24,000 nucleotides of DNA from Idiomarina sp. (GCA_020831965.1 JAFIFP010000013.1:9431-33430), one strand, 5' to 3'. Counted from the first letter of the stretch, positions 1-7,050 are shown. Made by a program: numbers and translations. The notes: a model not told the origin generated them from the sequence alone.

Positions 1-39
1 GCCAGACAGAACGGTTACGGGGAGTTTTGATACGGGCAT
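1..39 (-). CDS. COG0523/CobW-family metallochaperone GTPase, first 13 codons only (gene continues off the left edge)
   Basis: The reverse complement of 1..39 reads ATG then MPVSKLPVTVLSG. This is the lead-in to the LPVTVLxGFLGxGKTT P-loop typical of COG0523 GTPases. GGAGG lies on the minus strand at 48..52, 8 nt upstream of the ATG. A Zur-like palindrome lies 27 nt upstream. The gene is absent from the ORF track because it is truncated. Only 13 aa are visible, so the call is tentative. Confidence 0.45.
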   Translation of the reverse strand, partial: MPVSKLPVTVLSG

Positions 40-65
40 GAGAATAACCTCCAATGAACTATGGA

Positions 66-79
66 TATGTTATAACATA
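66..79. promoter_or_regulatory. Zur-box-like perfect palindrome TATGTTATAACATA upstream of the COG0523 gene
   Basis: 14-bp perfect palindrome with core ATGTTATAACAT at 67..78. The same 12-mer recurs at 17191..17202 between two other zinc-starvation-associated genes. The half-sites TGTTAT/ATAACA match those of proteobacterial Zur boxes, but the spacing differs from the E. coli 23-mer. Confidence 0.5.
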
Positions 80-231
80 ACAATTACTGTATTTAAATCT
101 ATCCTCTTGGACGCACCCAGTCACAGTACCTCACCTTGGGAGGGAATAGTCTTTAAGCGCGCTAACGTACAGACACCTTTCGCCCCCACTTTCATACTTG
201 CCGCTATGTTGATTTCCACAACATACGTGGG

Positions 232-260
232 TTGGATATACCCCGTATCCATATATCCAA
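232..260 (+). promoter_or_regulatory. 9-bp perfect inverted repeat (TTGGATATA-N11-TATATCCAA) abutting the ribosome-binding site of the 275 gene
   Basis: TTGGATATA at 232..240 and its exact reverse complement at 252..260. The right arm overlaps the AAGGA Shine-Dalgarno at 259..263, 11 nt before the ATG at 275. Confidence 0.4.
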
Positions 261-274
261 AGGATTAATCGCTC

Positions 275-712
275 ATGCGCCCTACAATATTTAATTGGTC
301 CAGCACGCCGAAATGGCTGCTGCTGGCGATCATTAGTACCTTCATCGTTGCCTGTAACGACAATGGGCGTGATCCTATTCTTGGCAACGACCGCAATGTG
401 GGCCAACTACCCGCAGTCACTGCTGTGACTCCAGCCAACAACACCATGAATGTTGGCTTGATGAATCCGTCCATTACGGCGGAATTCACTGAAGCTGTCA
501 CAGCCTTAGCGGCCGGAGACTTCACCGTCACATGCGCATCACCCTGCACCAGCCCAACTGGCACAGTCTCGATGAACAGCACAAATACGGTAGCAACCTT
601 TAATTTGGCAGCTCCTGCTGTATTAAATGAACTAACGCTCTATACGGCTACGGTTCACAATGCAACAAGTCGCGCCACTGGCCTTGCCATGCAAGACCCC
701 TACATTTGGTAG
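275..712 (+). CDS. Ig-like domain lipoprotein (N-terminal fragment of the interrupted gene)
   Basis: Lipoprotein signal with lipobox (LLLAIISTFIVAC). It is followed by one bacterial Ig-like repeat: PAVTAVTPANNTMNV...ITAEFTE...FTVTC...ATFNL...YTATV. SD AAGGA at 259..263. Confidence 0.6.
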   Translation: MRPTIFNWSSTPKWLLLAIISTFIVACNDNGRDPILGNDRNVGQLPAVTAVTPANNTMNVGLMNPSITAEFTEAVTALAAGDFTVTCASPCTSPTGTVSMNSTNTVATFNLAAPAVLNELTLYTATVHNATSRATGLAMQDPYIW

Positions 713-751
713 TTCACCACCGACCGGGCACCTGACACAACGCGCCCACGT

Positions 752-2248
752 GTGGCAGCAACACAACCGCTCACCACAATTCCAGGTCCTACCCTTGATG
801 TCCCAGCAAACACCGCTATTACTGCTGTGTTCACGGAAGATATGTTGGCATCAACAATCACTAGCACAAATTTCACCCTCACTTGTGAAACGCCTTGCGT
901 CGATCATGTGGGTGCCGTGTCTTATGTGTCGGGCTCAAAAAGTGCGGTGTTTACACCTGAAGAAAATCTTGAAGAAGGTGCAACTTACACAGCGATTATC
1001 TTTAGCGACGTTACTGACCTAGCCGGTAACCACTTAGCCGGAAATCAAGGTCCTGTGCTTAGCGCTAGCAACTATGTCTGGACCTTCACGACAGTGGCGG
1101 CTATCCCAGCAGCGAACATATTTGTTCAGTCCACCGACCCAGTTGATATGGGATTCCTTGAGACTTGTCCAAATACGACTATTAATGCCACGTTTGAGAT
1201 TCCTTCAGGAACTCGACTGAATCCAAACACAGTCAACAACATGACGTTCCTCGTGGTTGAGAACAACGACCCAGAAAATAGTGTTGTCGCTGAGTCTATT
1301 GCCCTTGATGTGGATACCGGCACCATCATGACCTTTATCCCGCAAACCCAGCTTGCTGAAAACATGACCTATCGTGTCACCATTAAAGGTGGGCCTGATG
1401 GCGTAAAAGACCTGATTGTCCCAGGCAATGAAATGCTTGAAGACTACGTTTGGACTTTTACAGCTGAAGAGCCTATCCAGAGCTGTCTATTGCCTGCCAA
1501 CCTCGGAACTGCGGCTCCTTTCGGTTCATTTGGCGGTAGTGCCGGAGTTACAAACCAAGGCTTGCTGACCGTTATTAATGGCGATTTGGGAACGACTGGA
1601 ACCTCTACCTTAGTGACAGGCTTCGTTTCTGAGCCAGGTTGTGAATACACAGTGACTACGCTCAATGAAGGTCAGGTGAATGGCAAAATCTTTACCGCCC
1701 CACCGGCGCCAACCGTTGCCTGTCCACAAGAAGGTACTGCGGCCACCGAAGCTGTTGCTTCACAAGCTCGCCTCGATGCTGAAGCAGCTTACATCTCAAT
1801 GGTCCCAGCGAACATGCCCGGCGGGCAGAGCCCTGGTAACGATAACCTCGGTAGTTTGACCTTAACTCCAGGTGTGTATACCGCGCCAAATGGTTCATTC
1901 CGCATTCATGGTGGTGACCTCACGCTCGACGCGCAAGGCAATCAGAATGCAGTGTGGGTCTTCCAAATGGCTACCACGCTGACAGTAGGTGGACCAGGCG
2001 CGGACTTCCCGCAAAGTGTCATCCTGATTAACGGCGCACAAGCCAAGAATATCTTCTGGCAAGTGGGTAGTGCGGCCACGATTAATGCCGCAGGTGGCGG
2101 CTTTATGAAAGGCACCATAATTGCTCAAGATAGCATCAGTTTTTCGACCGCTGACAACGTGAATATTGTGACCTTAGACGGTCGCGCGCTGTCTCTGACC
2201 GCGTCAGTCACAGTAGTAAACACTGTGATTAACGTACCCGCAGAGTAA
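752..2248 (+). CDS. Ig-like repeats + DUF3494 (ice-binding protein family) domain protein (C-terminal part of the interrupted gene; the GTG start at 752 is only nominal)
   Basis: Two further Ig-like repeats precede the DUF3494 domain, which starts at about nt 1500. DUF3494 signature motifs: LGTAAPFGSFGGSAGVTNQG..VINGDLGTTGTS, LGSLTLTPGVYT, GDLTLDAQGNQNAVWVFQ, ILINGAQAKNIFWQVGSAATI, KGTIIAQDSISF, LDGRALS. Confidence 0.8.
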   Translation: MAATQPLTTIPGPTLDVPANTAITAVFTEDMLASTITSTNFTLTCETPCVDHVGAVSYVSGSKSAVFTPEENLEEGATYTAIIFSDVTDLAGNHLAGNQGPVLSASNYVWTFTTVAAIPAANIFVQSTDPVDMGFLETCPNTTINATFEIPSGTRLNPNTVNNMTFLVVENNDPENSVVAESIALDVDTGTIMTFIPQTQLAENMTYRVTIKGGPDGVKDLIVPGNEMLEDYVWTFTAEEPIQSCLLPANLGTAAPFGSFGGSAGVTNQGLLTVINGDLGTTGTSTLVTGFVSEPGCEYTVTTLNEGQVNGKIFTAPPAPTVACPQEGTAATEAVASQARLDAEAAYISMVPANMPGGQSPGNDNLGSLTLTPGVYTAPNGSFRIHGGDLTLDAQGNQNAVWVFQMATTLTVGGPGADFPQSVILINGAQAKNIFWQVGSAATINAAGGGFMKGTIIAQDSISFSTADNVNIVTLDGRALSLTASVTVVNTVINVPAE

Positions 2249-2259
2249 TGGAGAACGTC

Positions 2260-3714
2260 ATGAAAAAGAATAGAATCACACAAGCGATCGGCACACTTGC
2301 GCTACTGAGCATGTCCGTACCGGCTATCGCTACCGAACACTCAGGATGGTTTATCGGCGGCTCAGGTGGACGTTCGTTCTCCACTATCGCCGAAAGCGAT
2401 ATCATTGCGGACTTACTGACTTCAGGTTTCCAAACGACTGACTTCAGCAAGAACCAATCTGATTACGGATATAAGCTGTTCTTTGGTTATCAGTTCAACA
2501 CCAACTTTGCACTCGAAGGCGGTTACTTTGACCTCGGTAGCTTTGACTACACCGCAACAACAGTTCCTGCTGGCAGCCGCTTTGGCGAACTGAGTTTTAG
2601 CGGCTGGAATATCGACATGGTTGCGACCATGCCAATCACTCGGCGCGCAGCCATTATTGCGCGCTTGGGTGTGCATGAAGGCAAGAGCACAGTTGACTTC
2701 GTCGGCACCGGTGCGGTGAACGTCCTCAACCCAAACTTCCGTAGCAAGAATAAAGACTTCAAAATCGGGATTGGTTATCAGTATCAGTTTAGCGATGCGA
2801 TGACGGCGCGTTTAGAAGCCGAGCGCTATCGCATGGACGATGCTTTAGGCAACCAAGGTGATATCGACTTACTGTCACTCGGCTTGGTCTATCGCTTTGG
2901 TGGTCGTACGCACGCTCCCGTCATCGCCGAACCGGCACCGACGCCAGCCCCGGCGCCTAGACCAGCCCCAGCTCCTGCACCAGCGCCTACCGAGCAATAC
3001 TGTAGCGCTCTGGAACTGCAATTCGAGATAGGTCAGAACAATATTGAGCGAGTGAATCGGGAGCACTTACAAGTACTCGCGACCTTCCTTGCCAAATATC
3101 CAGATACGAAGGCCACTATCGAAGGACACGCGGATAACGTAGGAACTCATGCCGAGAACCAACGCTTATCAGAACAGCGTGCACAAAGTGTTGTTGACTT
3201 CTTAGTGCGCGAACATCGCATTGCTCGCAGCCGTCTAACTGCAGTGGGTTATGGTGAGACACGACCTATTGCAACCAATAGTACGGTTGCTGGCCAGCAA
3301 GCGAATCGACGGATCAATGCAGTTATTGATTGTGCCCGAGACGTTGCTGGACTCAGTGCCCTACCTGCTCGTACGACATTGGCGATGGCACTTGAGTTTG
3401 ATACCGACAGTGCGGTGGTCAACCCAAGATATCGCATGCAGCTCGCCACCGTGGCTCGCTACCTGCGTGACAACCCATCACTGATAGTGACCATCGAAGG
3501 TCATACGGACAACGTGAACCCTGCAACTGCGCAAGCAATCTCTGAGCAACGGGCGAAGAACGTGGCGGACTACTTAGTCACGCAATTCCAAGTCGACCGT
3601 TCACGCTTGAATATTGAAGGTTTCGGTGCGACACGTCGTGATACTTACAACATCACTGCGGCACAGCGTCAAGATAACCGTCGCGTGCACATTATACTTG
3701 GCTATCCGAAGTAA
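2260..3714 (+). CDS. OmpA-family outer-membrane protein: N-terminal beta-barrel, Pro/Ala hinge, two tandem OmpA C-terminal (peptidoglycan-binding) domains
   Basis: Signal peptide MKKNRITQAIGTLALLSMSVPAIA. Beta-barrel-type alternating aromatic/Gly strands (YKLFFGYQF, LEGGYFDLG, IGIGYQYQF, LSLGLVYRFG). Two OmpA_C cores: ATIEGHADNVG..NQRLSEQRAQSV..GYGETRP..NRR and VTIEGHTDNV..ISEQRAKNV..GFG..NRR. GGAG lies 6 nt before the ATG at 2260. The alternative ATG at 2248 overlaps the upstream TAA (TAATG). Confidence 0.85.
   Translation: MKKNRITQAIGTLALLSMSVPAIATEHSGWFIGGSGGRSFSTIAESDIIADLLTSGFQTTDFSKNQSDYGYKLFFGYQFNTNFALEGGYFDLGSFDYTATTVPAGSRFGELSFSGWNIDMVATMPITRRAAIIARLGVHEGKSTVDFVGTGAVNVLNPNFRSKNKDFKIGIGYQYQFSDAMTARLEAERYRMDDALGNQGDIDLLSLGLVYRFGGRTHAPVIAEPAPTPAPAPRPAPAPAPAPTEQYCSALELQFEIGQNNIERVNREHLQVLATFLAKYPDTKATIEGHADNVGTHAENQRLSEQRAQSVVDFLVREHRIARSRLTAVGYGETRPIATNSTVAGQQANRRINAVIDCARDVAGLSALPARTTLAMALEFDTDSAVVNPRYRMQLATVARYLRDNPSLIVTIEGHTDNVNPATAQAISEQRAKNVADYLVTQFQVDRSRLNIEGFGATRRDTYNITAAQRQDNRRVHIILGYPK
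2929..2989 (+). repeat. Low-complexity Pro-Ala coding repeat (hinge EPAPTPAPAPRPAPAPAPAPT) inside the OmpA-family gene
   Basis: Directly visible CCN/GCN dipeptide periodicity. It lies between the barrel and the first OmpA_C domain, as in other OmpA-like proteins. Confidence 0.8.
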
Positions 3715-3738
3715 ATAGTTAAGATTGTTCGTTCTCAT

Positions 3739-3776
3739 GCGTGTGTCTGGTCTCGTGTACAGGCACACGTTTTTTA
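3739..3776 (+). terminator. Rho-independent terminator after the OmpA-family gene
   Basis: Stem GCGTGTGTCTG (3739..3749) pairs with CAGGCACACG (3760..3769), with one G-U/mismatch. It is followed by TTTTTT (3770..3775). The T-run overlaps the stop codon of the convergent Crp-family gene. Confidence 0.6.
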
Positions 3777-4577
3777 TTGCCTGCTTGAACGTCCAGCTTT
3801 GTAGTGGATTAAGCGCTCACACTCGGTTTTGACAACCTCGTAACATTCACAACATCTCGCCTCCAATTTCACCCTATCATTAATTGTCAGCTTCCCTCTG
3901 TGGTACTCGATGATGCCTAGCTTCTGGAGTTTTCCTGCCGCTACAGACACCCCCTCTCTGCGCACTCCCAACATATTGGCGATTAACTCTTGTGTCATCG
4001 TGAGCACATTACTTGGAATACGATCGAGTGAGAGCAACAACCAACGACACAATTGCTGATCGACACTGTGATGGCGATTGCACACGCCAGTTTGAGCCAT
4101 TTGCGTCATTAATGACTGGGTGTAACTTAGAAGTAGCGCACGAAAATGGCTATCGCGGGCAAACTCAGCTTTTAGTATTGAGGCTGGCACACGATAGGCA
4201 CTGCCCGCGCTCTGCACGACGGCACGATGTGCTGTGCTGTCTCCACCCAAAAATAAGGATGTGCCGAGCACTCCGTCATTGCCGATCACTGAGATTTCCG
4301 CTGAATCGCCATTTTCCATGACATAGAGCAGCGAAATAATAGAGTTCGTTGGGAAGTATGCGTGGTGTAACTTGTCGCCCGCTTCGTAAATGGCGCTACC
4401 GAGAGGCAACTCAATTAACTGGAGATGCGGCGTTAAACGCGCCATCAACTCGCCAGAGAGCGCATTGAGTAGGTAGTTCTGCCCACATGTAGTTGGTGGA
4501 AGTTTTCCGCACGTCATTTGTTTAATTGAGTGCATTGCACACCTGTCCCTATGATTATTATGTATCCAACTCATCAT
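3774..4577 (-). CDS. Crp/Fnr-family transcriptional regulator (cNMP-binding-like domain + C-terminal HTH, Cys-rich C-terminal tail)
   Basis: Effector-domain pattern: LIELPLGSAIYEAGDKLHHAYFPTNSIISLLYVMENGDSAEISVIGNDGVLG. HTH: MTQELIANMLGVRREGVSVAAGKLQKLGIIEY. Tail: LEARCCECYEVVKTECERL. The true start is uncertain because there are several in-frame Met codons (MHSIKQ, MTCGK). Confidence 0.8.
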   Translation of the reverse strand: MMSWIHNNHRDRCAMHSIKQMTCGKLPPTTCGQNYLLNALSGELMARLTPHLQLIELPLGSAIYEAGDKLHHAYFPTNSIISLLYVMENGDSAEISVIGNDGVLGTSLFLGGDSTAHRAVVQSAGSAYRVPASILKAEFARDSHFRALLLSYTQSLMTQMAQTGVCNRHHSVDQQLCRWLLLSLDRIPSNVLTMTQELIANMLGVRREGVSVAAGKLQKLGIIEYHRGKLTINDRVKLEARCCECYEVVKTECERLIHYKAGRSSRQ

Positions 4578-4655
4578 AGTAGCGGTTAAACGACGTTTGC
4601 GCGGGATTATCGTGGTAACTCGAAAGTTACCAGGACCATATGCGTCCTTTTTTAA

Positions 4656-6014
4656 CTACTGGAGTGTGTTCTTATACACCACACCATTTTTCATAATAAC
4701 TGAGAAATTATCTGTGGGGTTCGAGATCAGCTGGATGTCTTCTAGAGGATCACCTTTCACGAGTATTAAATCTGCAAGCGCACCTTCTTCAATTACCCCT
4801 AAACGCCCTGGATATGGGTTACGCGGGCCAGCGAGACTAAGCAGTTCAGCATTCGTCGAGGTTGCCATGCGAAGGACTTCTGCGGGTGTAAACCAGCGTG
4901 TCATCTTAGCGAGCATTGCGCCCTGATTGTGTGTATTGGCTGCGTTGAAAAGAATGTCTGTTCCCCACGCGAGTTTTACCCCATGTTCGCGAGCTAACTC
5001 GACCGCGCGATCTGTTCCGCGTGCCACTTGCAGCTGCTTCAAGCGTGACTCCCCGACTTGCGGATTCGAGTGTTCGTCGTCAAGAAATGGCTGCAAACTC
5101 CACCAAACATCATTCTCGGCCATCAGGCGCGCGGTTTCCTCGTCAGCCAACTGACCATGCTCAATACTTCTTACACCCGCCTCAATTGCCATGCGAATGG
5201 CGCGTGGGGTATAGGCATGCACCATCACGTACGTTCCCCAGTTTTCGGCCGCTTCGACCGCGACCCGAAACTCTTCCACGGAATATTGAGACACATCCAG
5301 TGGGTCGTAAATAGAAGATACGCCACCACCAGCCATTAACTTGATTTGTGAGGCACCTAGCATCAACTGCTCACGTGCGCTGCGCCGCACTTCATCAACC
5401 CCATCAGCAATCCGAGTAATACCCGTTTGCTCTAAATGCGATAAAGGTGTTGAGTCGGTGCGCGGAACCTCATGGCGCAGCCGAAAGTCGCCATGACCAC
5501 CCGTTTGTGAAATCGTTGCGCCGGAAGGAAAAATGCGAGGGCCTGGCGTAATTCCCTCGTCGATCGCTAACTTCAATCCAAACACTGGGCCACCCACATC
5601 TCGTACTGTAGTGAATCCCCGTAAAAGCGTCGCTTCGGCTTGCCGAGCAGCAACAATGTGAACGTAGCTTGCATCCACTGTCATTGCTTTCATCATGGGG
5701 ATTGCAGCCATCGTAGCGTGCCAATGAGCATCAATCAGCCCCGGCATCAAGGTGTGCCCCTCGCCGTTAATCAAGGTGCTCTCGGCCCGCACTTGCGCTG
5801 AAGGTCGGCGCGAACTCACTTGCTCAATTGTGTTACCACGAATCACCACATAAGAAGGCCCGGAGAGGGTATCACTCTGTCCATCAAAAATACGGACGTT
5901 CTCAATGATGATAGTTGGGGTTGCTTCCGCCGTGGTGCATGCGCTGATAAAGAGCAGACTAAAGGACAAAATAACGACCCACAGGGTTTTTACGGTGGGG
6001 AAATTCAAGAACAT
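4656..6014 (-). CDS. Secreted/lipoprotein amidohydrolase-family metallohydrolase (COG1228-like)
   Basis: Signal peptide with LLFISAC lipobox. HxH metal motif (GLIDAHWHA). Later conserved HAYT, IEHG and AWGTD segments are typical of the amidohydrolase superfamily. RBS GAGAGGG lies upstream of the ATG at 6014. Confidence 0.8.
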   Translation of the reverse strand: MFLNFPTVKTLWVVILSFSLLFISACTTAEATPTIIIENVRIFDGQSDTLSGPSYVVIRGNTIEQVSSRRPSAQVRAESTLINGEGHTLMPGLIDAHWHATMAAIPMMKAMTVDASYVHIVAARQAEATLLRGFTTVRDVGGPVFGLKLAIDEGITPGPRIFPSGATISQTGGHGDFRLRHEVPRTDSTPLSHLEQTGITRIADGVDEVRRSAREQLMLGASQIKLMAGGGVSSIYDPLDVSQYSVEEFRVAVEAAENWGTYVMVHAYTPRAIRMAIEAGVRSIEHGQLADEETARLMAENDVWWSLQPFLDDEHSNPQVGESRLKQLQVARGTDRAVELAREHGVKLAWGTDILFNAANTHNQGAMLAKMTRWFTPAEVLRMATSTNAELLSLAGPRNPYPGRLGVIEEGALADLILVKGDPLEDIQLISNPTDNFSVIMKNGVVYKNTLQ

Positions 6015-6210
6015 CGGCTACCCTCTCACTTTCATTCGGTTATTTGTGATGCCAAAACGCCTAGCACCCGTAAACAGCGTAGGCAAAGTCTGTGCGTTCG
6101 GCGAGAAATTTACGCTTGGGAGCGCTTCAGCTTTTTGCGAGCAAACCAACCTGATTGTTTTTACGTAACAATGAGTTAATAAGTTCTAAAAAAGGAAGCA
6201 ATGCACAGCG

Positions 6211-7047
6211 ATGGTGATTGAGGACACTCTCCAAGCCAGTGAGCGATTGGTACAAACTCTGCGCCAGCATGGGCCCATGACCGTCTTAACTGGCGCCGGC
6301 ATCAGTACCGATTCGGGTATTCCAGCCTACCGTGATGACACGGGTGCTTGGAAAAGTAGTCCACCAATGCAACACCAAGAGTTTATGCGCAGCGCCGCTG
6401 CGCGACAGCGCTATTGGGCAAGAAGCCTCCATGGCTGGCCACGGCTCTTCTACGCGAAGCCCAACATCGCGCACCAAACCCTCGCGAATTGGCAGCACCA
6501 AGGCCTAATTGGCACCATCATTACACAGAACGTCGATGGCTTGCATCAGCGTGCCGGTAGCGGAAATGTCATCGACCTGCATGGTGATGCCAACATGATG
6601 GTCTGCATGCAGTGCGGAGATAAAACGCCGCGGTTAGAAATGCATCAACGATGTTTAGCACTAAATCCTAACTACAGCGACCATACTCCACCACCAAATT
6701 CGGATACCCGACCCGATGGCGATGCTGCACTTGAGGGCGACTTCAGCGACTTCGAAGTACCTGCCTGCACCCGTTGCGGAGGCATTTTAAAGCCGGACGT
6801 CGTGTACTTCGGCGACAACGTACCGCGCGAGCGCGTTGAATCGGCGCAAGCAGCGCTTCGCAATAGTGACGGTTTAATAGTGATTGGCTCGTCACTCATT
6901 GTGTTCTCTGGCTATCGCTTTGCCCGCCAAGCACATCAAGCAGGACAACCCCTCATTCTACTTAATCTTGGTACCACCCGCGCCGATGATCTTGCCACGC
7001 TGCGATTACGCACACCTATTGCACAAACCTTGGGGTATGGCTTTTGA
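6211..7047 (+). CDS. NAD-dependent protein deacylase, Sir2 family (class II / SIRT4-like)
   Basis: GAGISTDSGIPAYRD, TQNVDGLHQRAGS, catalytic-His segment VIDLHG, Zn ribbon CMQCG...CTRCGG, KPDVVYFGDNVP, GSSLIVFSGYRF. Confidence 0.85.
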   Translation: MVIEDTLQASERLVQTLRQHGPMTVLTGAGISTDSGIPAYRDDTGAWKSSPPMQHQEFMRSAAARQRYWARSLHGWPRLFYAKPNIAHQTLANWQHQGLIGTIITQNVDGLHQRAGSGNVIDLHGDANMMVCMQCGDKTPRLEMHQRCLALNPNYSDHTPPPNSDTRPDGDAALEGDFSDFEVPACTRCGGILKPDVVYFGDNVPRERVESAQAALRNSDGLIVIGSSLIVFSGYRFARQAHQAGQPLILLNLGTTRADDLATLRLRTPIAQTLGYGF

Positions 7048-7050
7048 GTG

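Larger units (their letters stand above)
275..2248 (+). pseudogene. Single lipoprotein gene (3 Ig-like SbsA/Big_5-type repeats + C-terminal DUF3494 ice-binding-family domain) interrupted by one in-frame TAG at 710..712
   Basis: ORFs 275..712 and 752..2248 are in the same frame. Translation across the stop reads ...DPYIW*FTTDRAPDTTRPRVAATQPL.... The stop falls inside the repeat-closing motif Y-[VI]-W-x-F-T-[TA], which is intact twice downstream (NYVWTFTT, DYVWTFTA). The downstream piece has no signal peptide of its own. Confidence 0.6.

Noticed and set aside
38-406. ORFs 38..268(+) and 131..406(-) from the six-frame track
   Set aside because: They lie across the regulatory gap between the minus-strand COG0523 start and the 275 gene. 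They overlap each other and the palindrome, have no RBS, and their translations show no family resemblance.
710-712. TAG as programmed recoding (pyrrolysine or regulated readthrough)
   Set aside because: No pyl genes or recoding signals are visible, and the lineage is not one known to use Pyl. A simple nonsense mutation or sequencing error inside a repeat motif is far more parsimonious. Low-level readthrough cannot be excluded from the sequence alone.
660-2128. Alternative-frame and antisense ORFs inside the Ig-like/DUF3494 gene (660..1022, 700..882, 1126..1365, 1444..1665, 1692..1898, 1895..2128)
   Set aside because: They are fully embedded in a strongly supported coding frame. Their translations are low-complexity or Arg/Ser-rich, as is typical of off-frame reads. 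The same reasoning applies to the many antisense ORFs inside the P-type ATPase (14341..16212) and the amidohydrolase (4597..5339).
2929-2989. Short-period repeat that could be mistaken for a tandem-repeat or CRISPR-like element
   Set aside because: It is in-frame Pro/Ala hinge coding sequence inside the OmpA-family gene. There are no spacers or direct-repeat architecture.
4614-4656. Two plus-strand hairpins between two minus-strand genes, the second followed by TTTTTT: GGTAACT-CGAA-AGTTACC at 4614..4631 and AGGAC-N7-GTCCT at 4632..4648
   Set aside because: It looks like a plus-strand terminator, but there is no credible plus-strand gene or promoter upstream. The second stem is only 5 bp. On the biologically relevant minus strand neither hairpin is followed by a U-run. 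It could mark an antisense or sRNA 3' end, but the sequence alone gives no support.
6201-6221. ATG at 6201, closer to the AAGGAAG RBS, as the sirtuin start
   Set aside because: It is out of frame with the sirtuin ORF and terminates after six codons (ATG CAC AGC GAT GGT GAT TGA). The in-frame start remains 6211 or the GTG at 6214. A tiny leader peptide cannot be supported.
6211-7047. Sir2-domain gene as a possible anti-phage defence component (Thoeris ThsA, DSR, SIR2-HerA, SIR2-pAgo types)
   Set aside because: The protein is a compact canonical sirtuin. It has the full NAD-binding GAGIS motif, a catalytic His, a four-Cys zinc ribbon and a SIRT4-like class II signature. No TIR, HerA, Argonaute, SLOG or other partner genes are adjacent. 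The neighbours are ordinary metabolic and redox genes.
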